From contig CAZOZN010000001.1 in the NCBI GenBank assembly GCA_964584335.1, positions 211,882-275,881 of the forward strand: a stretch of 64,000 nt of DNA. Reading direction: 5' to 3'. The DNA is from an uncultured archaeon (GTDB taxonomy: Archaea; Aenigmatarchaeota; Aenigmatarchaeia; PWEA01; JAGHBM01). A program made the translations under genes and the position numbers. Positions 58,213 through 64,000 of this stretch are shown piece by piece (the stretch's first letter is position 1; each line of letters begins with the position of its first letter). Under the pieces are notes generated by a model. That model did not search any database. It was not told where the DNA came from and saw only the letters and a list, made by a program, of their open reading frames with translations.

Positions 58213-60743
58213 ATCGGAGCAGCTCCGGTGGAGATTGTTGTGGGCTTTTTTTTGCAATAATTTCAATTCCAATATATATAGCATTTGCCTATTATTTTCT
58301 ACCTTTTACTGCAATTTCAACAGCTTTTTGGGGATTTTTAGTTATTTTTTATTATTATCATTCCAATAAAAAAGATTATAAAATATTTGGTATTTTTTTA
58401 TTGTGCATATCAATCTTAGAATTATTTCTGGTTGAATTGGAAATAGGTGTATTATCTGCTGTATTATTTTCAGGTTATTTTTTGATGAGGTGGGCTTATT
58501 TTGAAAGAAAAAAAAGAGTTAATCTAATGGAAAAAACCATAGAAAAAATGGATAAAGTTGGTGATTATGTTTTGGTTGACAAAGAAGATGTATCTCAGAT
58601 AAATAAAGATAGTATGAAGTCAGAAATTGTCTATAAAAGTGCTGTTGATGAATTTTTATCTAAAAGAGGATATTACAAAAAAACCCAAGCTAAGAAAATT
58701 GAAAATATTTTAAGTAATGCAAAGAGAATAAAAAGTAAAGAAAATCGGTCAAAGAAAGAATTAAATAAAATTCAAAAAGACTCTAACTGGAAAGATTGTA
58801 AAAAATTAAAAGAAATTTATAAAAATTTAGAAAAAGAATACAAAAAAGGAAATTTTAAAAAATTTGATGAATTGCTTAAAGAATTCAATGTTTTTAGAAA
58901 TTCTTATATTTATTCAAAGAAAGAATTAAATAAAATTCAAAAAGATAAAACAATTTTAAATGATGAAAAGCTCAGGAAAAAATTGTATACCATAGAAAAA
59001 GAATACAAAAAAGGAAATTTTAAAAAATCAGAAGAGCTTTTGAAAGATTTCATACCTTTTAAAGAAAATTACACTGAAGCTAAAAAAACAATTTCAGAAA
59101 TTAAAAAAATCTATAAAGAAAAGAAAAATAAAAAAATAAAGGAAATTCTGGACAAAGCTAAAGATTGTTTAAAGAAAGATGATTTTGGAAAAATAGAAAA
59201 ACTCTATGAAGAAGCATTCCATTTGAGACAAAAAGACATGGGTTTAGAAGGGTACAAAGTAAAATGGTTAAAACCAAAGAAAATAAGAGAGATTGAATCA
59301 ATAAATGATAGTATTGAATATAAATCAAATGAAAAAAAAGGAAGAAGAGAAGATTTAGATTGTTTTTTGACTTATCTAGACAAAAATTATAGCTTTAAGG
59401 TACCTAAGGATCCAAATTCTAATGTCTATTTAGATGATACTAATTTTAAACTTTTTTTTAATTTTATTTCTAATACAAAAAAGTATTTGGATATAATTAC
59501 AAATGTATTTGAAGAGAAAATCTTTTTGGAACTAATAAATAAACTTAGAAAAAAAGGTATTAATATCCGGATAATAACTAGAAATCAAAAACAAAATGGA
59601 TTCTTAGAAAATGATTTAATTAAAGACTATTTTGGTAATACAACTACTGAAATCCAAAAATTTAACCAGATACATGCAAAGATGATGATTAGAGATGGGG
59701 AAAAAATTATTTTAGGATCTTCCAACTTAACGAATGCATCTGCAAATAAATCTGGTTTCTATTTGGATGCAAATATAATAACAGAAAATCCTCATGACGT
59801 ATCATTAGCAAAAAAAATTTTTGACTCGATCTGGTTTTCTGAAAACAGAATAAATAATAATCAGAAAGAAAACAATTTACTATACTCAAAAAATGATAAA
59901 AACCATTTACCTAAATGTTTAGAGCCTATATTCAAGAATGAAAAGGAAGAAATAATAATTTTAATGAGCTCAGGTCTCATAGATAAGGAAATTATCGATT
60001 TGATGAGGGAATGGAACAGAAGTGTAAGAATAAAAATAATTACAAGCTGTAAATGGCCAACAAATGTGATTGATGAAAATAAATTAAAAACATTAAATTT
60101 CTTAAAAGATATATCTGAATCTAAAAATGATAAAATTAAAGTAATACCAAAAAAATCAACAATTCACGCAAAATTATATTTATTTAAAAGTCAAAATATT
60201 ATTTTTTTATCTTCTCAAAATCTTACAATAAATTCTTGGAAATCTATGTTGGAAGCAGGTTACATTATAAAAGATAAAGAGTTAATAAATCGTATAATTA
60301 AAAAATTAGATAGAATTCCTGATGGTTTATTCGATAGTAATAAAAATTTAATACGAGTTTCCAAACCAAAATCTACTTGGATAGGTTCTTTATCTGAAAA
60401 AAGAAAGAAAATACCATGGCAACTTGCTGAAGATGATAAATATTTCATAATCAATAAGAAACAGTATAAAAATATTTATTATAAAATTGATAAAAAAAAC
60501 AAGAAAATAAAAAAAACAAGATCTTTTTATAGATCTTCAGAAAAAGAGGATATAAATAAAAATAAAGAATTTATCAATGATATACTTAAAAATGAATCTC
60601 GTGATCCGTTTATAAGAAATTCAATATTAAATACAAAAAAGGGTAGTAATTTCTATAAAAAAGAATTAGAACGTGCAATATCTGAGGGTAAACCCAAAGA
60701 GGAAATAGAATGGTTAAAGAACATGATAGAAGATGAAGTGTAA
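58203..60743 (+). CDS. Membrane-anchored protein with two phospholipase-D (HKD-type) domains
   Basis: N-terminal TM helices, duplicated 55-aa helical segment, IHAKMMIRD..IILGSSNLT and IHAKLYLF..IFLSSQNLT. Confidence 0.8.
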   Translation: MALDRSSSGGDCCGLFFAIISIPIYIAFAYYFLPFTAISTAFWGFLVIFYYYHSNKKDYKIFGIFLLCISILELFLVELEIGVLSAVLFSGYFLMRWAYFERKKRVNLMEKTIEKMDKVGDYVLVDKEDVSQINKDSMKSEIVYKSAVDEFLSKRGYYKKTQAKKIENILSNAKRIKSKENRSKKELNKIQKDSNWKDCKKLKEIYKNLEKEYKKGNFKKFDELLKEFNVFRNSYIYSKKELNKIQKDKTILNDEKLRKKLYTIEKEYKKGNFKKSEELLKDFIPFKENYTEAKKTISEIKKIYKEKKNKKIKEILDKAKDCLKKDDFGKIEKLYEEAFHLRQKDMGLEGYKVKWLKPKKIREIESINDSIEYKSNEKKGRREDLDCFLTYLDKNYSFKVPKDPNSNVYLDDTNFKLFFNFISNTKKYLDIITNVFEEKIFLELINKLRKKGINIRIITRNQKQNGFLENDLIKDYFGNTTTEIQKFNQIHAKMMIRDGEKIILGSSNLTNASANKSGFYLDANIITENPHDVSLAKKIFDSIWFSENRINNNQKENNLLYSKNDKNHLPKCLEPIFKNEKEEIIILMSSGLIDKEIIDLMREWNRSVRIKIITSCKWPTNVIDENKLKTLNFLKDISESKNDKIKVIPKKSTIHAKLYLFKSQNIIFLSSQNLTINSWKSMLEAGYIIKDKELINRIIKKLDRIPDGLFDSNKNLIRVSKPKSTWIGSLSEKRKKIPWQLAEDDKYFIINKKQYKNIYYKIDKKNKKIKKTRSFYRSSEKEDINKNKEFINDILKNESRDPFIRNSILNTKKGSNFYKKELERAISEGKPKEEIEWLKNMIEDEV

Positions 60744-60881
60744 AATCTCTTAAACTTAAAAAATATAAATTAAAGTAAAAAAATTAGTAATATAATAATT
60801 TATAATTCTAATATTAATTATAAATTTACCAATTTAATTTTAATAGATGCTTAAGATTTTAATTTATATAATAATTCTATT

Positions 60882-60909
60882 TTTTTACTTTGCAATCTAC
60901 CTGTTAACT
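60882..60909 (+). repeat. 28-bp direct repeat, right copy
   Basis: Identical to 57762-57789. Confidence 0.85.
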
Positions 60910-61120
60910 TTTTATTTCAGTTAGTCCAAATAGTATTGTTTAGAGGATTTACGTAATCTGCACTCTAAACTGTGAATAATGGGGATATTATATTGAGTGT
61001 GCTTGCCCCCCTGAGGCTCCATCAACAAAACCTTTCTTCACAAGAAAGTTTTGTATTCAAAGAATTATTTTCTATGATAATCCCGAGTGAATTGCAAATA
61101 GTTCTGACTCAAGAAGTTAC

Positions 61121-61137
61121 TCCCAGCCGGCGCACCA
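61121..61137 (+). other. Isolated tRNA-Gly-like 3' fragment (att-like)
   Basis: TCCCAGCCGGCGCACCA, 16/17 identical to the tRNA-Gly 3' end at 10418-10434. Confidence 0.6.
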
Positions 61138-61161
61138 TTTCTGCAACATAATATTTCAACG

Positions 61162-61566
61162 TTACTTTTCTTGGATAATATCTGGGTTATCGAGGATGTA
61201 TCTTTTGGCCCTGTATTCGGCTTCGGGTGTTAATTTAAAACCACCTTCACCATCCGGCATGAAATCAATATCGTTTTCCATATCTTTTTCAATTCTACTT
61301 TTGGCTTTGTCCGTTAACTTGTAATCACCATTTTCGTCTGGAATAAAATCAGAATTTTTTCTCATGTATTCTTTAAAATCATATTCAGCCTGTGGTGTTA
61401 ATGTATAATCACCTTTACCGTTCGGCATAAAATTAGAATCTTTTTTCAGAGAGTCTTTTAAATTACTTTCGGCTTTGTGTGTTAAAATAATTTTTTCGTT
61501 ATCGTTTTTTTTAATTTCTTCATATATACTTTTTATTTCATCGCAAAATTTTTTAACCTCTTCCAT
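61162..61566 (-). CDS. Protein with ~28-aa tandem repeats
   Basis: LT..A............F.P...G.(Y/F) three times plus a partial fourth; AGGAGAG SD. Confidence 0.65.
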   Translation of the reverse strand: MEEVKKFCDEIKSIYEEIKKNDNEKIILTHKAESNLKDSLKKDSNFMPNGKGDYTLTPQAEYDFKEYMRKNSDFIPDENGDYKLTDKAKSRIEKDMENDIDFMPDGEGGFKLTPEAEYRAKRYILDNPDIIQEK

Positions 61567-61625
61567 GTTATCTCTCTCCTACTTCTCTAGATTTTTATTT
61601 AACCGTATTTCATCTATTTTCATGG

Positions 61626-62045
61626 TCAGTCAATGTCGTCTTTTGGTATCAGTATTTTCTCGTTCGGGCCTATCGTAATCCAGTGCCAGTTGTCTCTTGG
61701 GTCGTCATACTCGGGTAGTCTTGTGAAATAGTCGTCCAGAATATTGTGCGTTTTCATGATATTTTCTATTTCCGTTTCCAGTACAAAATCTTTATGTATA
61801 TCTTTTTGTATTTCTTCTGGGGCCTTGCCAAAATATGAAGCTATTTCATTAAGCCTTTTTTCCATATCCCTTTCATATTCATTATTGAATTCCTGTATTC
61901 CGCATGTAGCCTGTCTGAGATGACCCATCAATTGTTCGTACCTGAAAAGCTTCTTTCCTTCTTCATATGTCACTTCTTTATTCTTATCTATTCTGTATGA
62001 AATACTGTTGAGTTCTCTTCCTTCCTGCTCAGTTGTTGGTATCAT
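61626..62045 (-). CDS. Hypothetical protein
   Basis: GAGGTGA SD, 139-aa ORF. Confidence 0.6.
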   Translation of the reverse strand: MIPTTEQEGRELNSISYRIDKNKEVTYEEGKKLFRYEQLMGHLRQATCGIQEFNNEYERDMEKRLNEIASYFGKAPEEIQKDIHKDFVLETEIENIMKTHNILDDYFTRLPEYDDPRDNWHWITIGPNEKILIPKDDID

Positions 62046-62299
62046 AGCATCACCTCTTATAATATGTCAGAAAAAGATTTAAGCATAAATCCAAACCGGT
62101 TTTCAAAGATATTCGGATTCAAGGTTTTCCATAAAAGATTTTATTTCAAAAAAAAAGGATAAATATGCGTATTCAGGACCCTAAAGATAGACAGTTGTCG
62201 TTTTAGTTAATTTTTTATTTTAGTTATCACAATATATTATTCCAGAGGGATGAATAATTCCTTACGACTTCTGAGAAATTAATTTAGTGGGGGGTTGGA

Positions 62300-62449
62300 A
62301 TGAGAACTGGATTTTGCGAATCCTGTGAAAACTTCAGTCCGTTTCTCAAAAGAGTAGAAGGCCAGTGGCTTTGTTTGAAGTGCCGTGGAGAAATAGAGAC
62401 TATGAATAGGATGCTGGTTAACGAAGAAAGGCCTGTTTTTTTCATTTAA
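62300..62449 (+). CDS. Small zinc-ribbon protein (49 aa), paralogue of 25406-25570
   Basis: Manual translation MRTGFCESCENFSPFLKRVEGQWLCLKCR... Confidence 0.7.
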   Translation: MRTGFCESCENFSPFLKRVEGQWLCLKCRGEIETMNRMLVNEERPVFFI

Positions 62450-62599
62450 TCGGGTGAAGTAGGTTGGATGATGAAAAAATGAAAGAGGTTTTTGTTAGCG
62501 TTAGTTTTTTAGTTCTTTTTTTTTCTATATAGAATCAGATGATGGAAAAATAATTGAGATATTATATTACAAAATTTCTGCTAAGGTTTATTTTTAGAA

Positions 62600-64000
62600 T
62601 CAAGTAAGAATGTCTTCCCTTGTGGAGTCTGATACGAAAAGAAATGACTTGTTTTTTATCTTTGTTGTTTTAAGTATCGCTTCTATGTCAGATTCGTCAA
62701 AAGGAATTATGTGTATGTCGCCGTCCTGTGCGTCTTGTATTGTTTTTTTGAATTTTCCATTTACTACATTAAAGGACGTGGATTCTGTGGGCAATCTGGC
62801 CTCGTAAACAAGTTTTTTGAGATATTTTCTTGCCTCTCTTTCTTTTTTCTTGCTCACGCACATCCATATTTTTATTTTTCCGTTCCAGTTTCTTTGAATT
62901 TTATATGCCACAAGTGCGGCAAGGTCAAAGTACCTGTCCTCGTAGAAATCTTTTTTTATTGCTTTAGGCGAAATCCACAAGTGAATATCTCTTTCTGAAC
63001 CCAAACCAAGCTCGCTGTCTCTGTCAAATATAACCGTGCCTACTTTTTCTTTTTTGGATATTTTCACGATTTCCTTTAATACAGACTTTGATATCTTGTC
63101 CGGCCTGAATGGAAGGAAAAGGGTGTTGGGTGGGAATGTCTGGCTCTCAATTGCCTCGAGTGAAACCAGTATTGCGTTAACATAATTTTTTGCTTCTATT
63201 GTGGAGAAGCTGGTAAATATTTCTTCTTCGCCGAATTTTTTGACAAGTATTGGAAGATGTTTGAGCTCTTTCTTTATTTGTTTTTTTGTAATCTCCTCTT
63301 TTTCTGGATTTTTCTTTATGTTTTGTGTTAGTTTTAGACCCAAAACTGTCATTGTACCGTTTGGATATAATATTGATTTTATCAGGGGGAAATTTCCAAA
63401 TAATGTTCTGCTGGTCAGAACCGGTACCAATATATTAGGTTTCCATACGTGTTTGGACTTTGGCAGGCTGGTTGTCTTTTTTGCTGCCCATTCAGATAAC
63501 GCCCTGAAAAGACCTGACCTAACGTCACCTTCTTTTTGGTTAAGAACTTTTTGGGCCAGTATGGTATAGCTAAAAATTATGAAAATTATGGCGCCTACTC
63601 CCGCATAAACATTAATTAAAAGTATCATTATGAAAGAGCTCACTGCGCCGTAAAGTGAGACAAATTTTGGTACTCTGAATATTGGCCTGAAACTGACAAG
63701 TCCCAGATGCTGCTCTATGAATACAGATATGTTTATCATTGCGTATGTAATCAGGAAGAATATGGTAAGTATTTGTGCCACAGAGTTAAGGTTTCCCACG
63801 AAGAGTAAAAATATTATAATTGCGCTTGTTACCCAAACCGCATTTCTTGGTTCTCCTTCAGATGTCTTTTTTTCAAGTACTTTGCTCATGGGCAGTATTT
63901 TGTTTTCTGCTAGCGCCTGCAAAACTCTCGGAGCAGCCACCAAAGTTGTTAGTGCGCTTGAAAATGTTGCTGCAAGAATACCCGTTATTGTAACGAAGGG
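62600..64000 (-). CDS. Amino-acid permease / cation-chloride cotransporter (SLC12-like), 5' part outside the window
   Basis: AAPRVLQALA, LNSVA.I.T.FFLITY...N, SFRP.F, WKPNILV. Confidence 0.85.
   Translation of the reverse strand, partial: PFVTITGILAATFSSALTTLVAAPRVLQALAENKILPMSKVLEKKTSEGEPRNAVWVTSAIIIFLLFVGNLNSVAQILTIFFLITYAMINISVFIEQHLGLVSFRPIFRVPKFVSLYGAVSSFIMILLINVYAGVGAIIFIIFSYTILAQKVLNQKEGDVRSGLFRALSEWAAKKTTSLPKSKHVWKPNILVPVLTSRTLFGNFPLIKSILYPNGTMTVLGLKLTQNIKKNPEKEEITKKQIKKELKHLPILVKKFGEEEIFTSFSTIEAKNYVNAILVSLEAIESQTFPPNTLFLPFRPDKISKSVLKEIVKISKKEKVGTVIFDRDSELGLGSERDIHLWISPKAIKKDFYEDRYFDLAALVAYKIQRNWNGKIKIWMCVSKKKEREARKYLKKLVYEARLPTESTSFNVVNGKFKKTIQDAQDGDIHIIPFDESDIEAILKTTKIKNKSFLFVSDSTREDILT

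Larger units (their letters stand above)
49737..61022. mobile_element. Integrative element/genomic island in tRNA-Thr (~11.3 kb)
   Basis: 17-bp direct repeat CCCCCCTGAGGCTCCAT at 49737-49753 and 61006-61022, adjacent tyrosine integrase, visibly more AT-rich cargo. Confidence 0.9.

Noticed and set aside
61074-61108. Box C/D sRNA (ATGATAA...CTGA)
   Set aside because: Too short, with no clear internal C'/D' boxes or recognisable target
10418-61137. A single 50-kb element bounded by tRNA-Gly and the Gly-like fragment
   Set aside because: The interval contains ribosomal, RNAP and replication genes, and the repeat has a mismatch
62241-62274. Fluoride riboswitch
   Set aside because: GATGA-like core is present, but the pseudoknot/3' consensus and fluoride-related downstream genes are absent

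Overview
64 kb of an AT-rich archaeal chromosome, most consistent with a DPANN-type archaeon (inference from compact gene content, BHB-type tRNA introns and many short lineage-specific ORFs). The core backbone includes FEN1, GINS, the rpl44e-rps27e-aIF2alpha-Nop10-PAC2-rpoK-eno-rps2 cluster, RFC small subunit, AK6, HtpX, rpl40e and DGGGP synthase. There are three intron-containing tRNAs: Trp(CCA) with a C/D-guide intron, Gly(UCC), and Thr(GGU) with a T-loop intron. An ~11.3 kb tyrosine-integrase element sits in tRNA-Thr (17-bp att repeats); it carries PurM and a direct-repeat-flanked DUF2085 + membrane phospholipase-D cassette. Most notable: (1) a candidate RiPP cluster next to tRNA-Gly with an unannotated 37-aa precursor, SPASM rSAM, B12-rSAM, amidohydrolase and alpha/beta-hydrolase; (2) a Bud23/WBSCR22-like methyltransferase between aIF2alpha and Nop10; (3) two paralogous membrane-anchored small proteins with CS-alpha-beta defensin-like cysteine spacing; (4) a short palindromic element at all three tRNA loci; (5) a Tes-like rSAM lacking the N-terminal auxiliary-cluster cysteines. 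All family calls come from motif recognition by eye; no searches were run.
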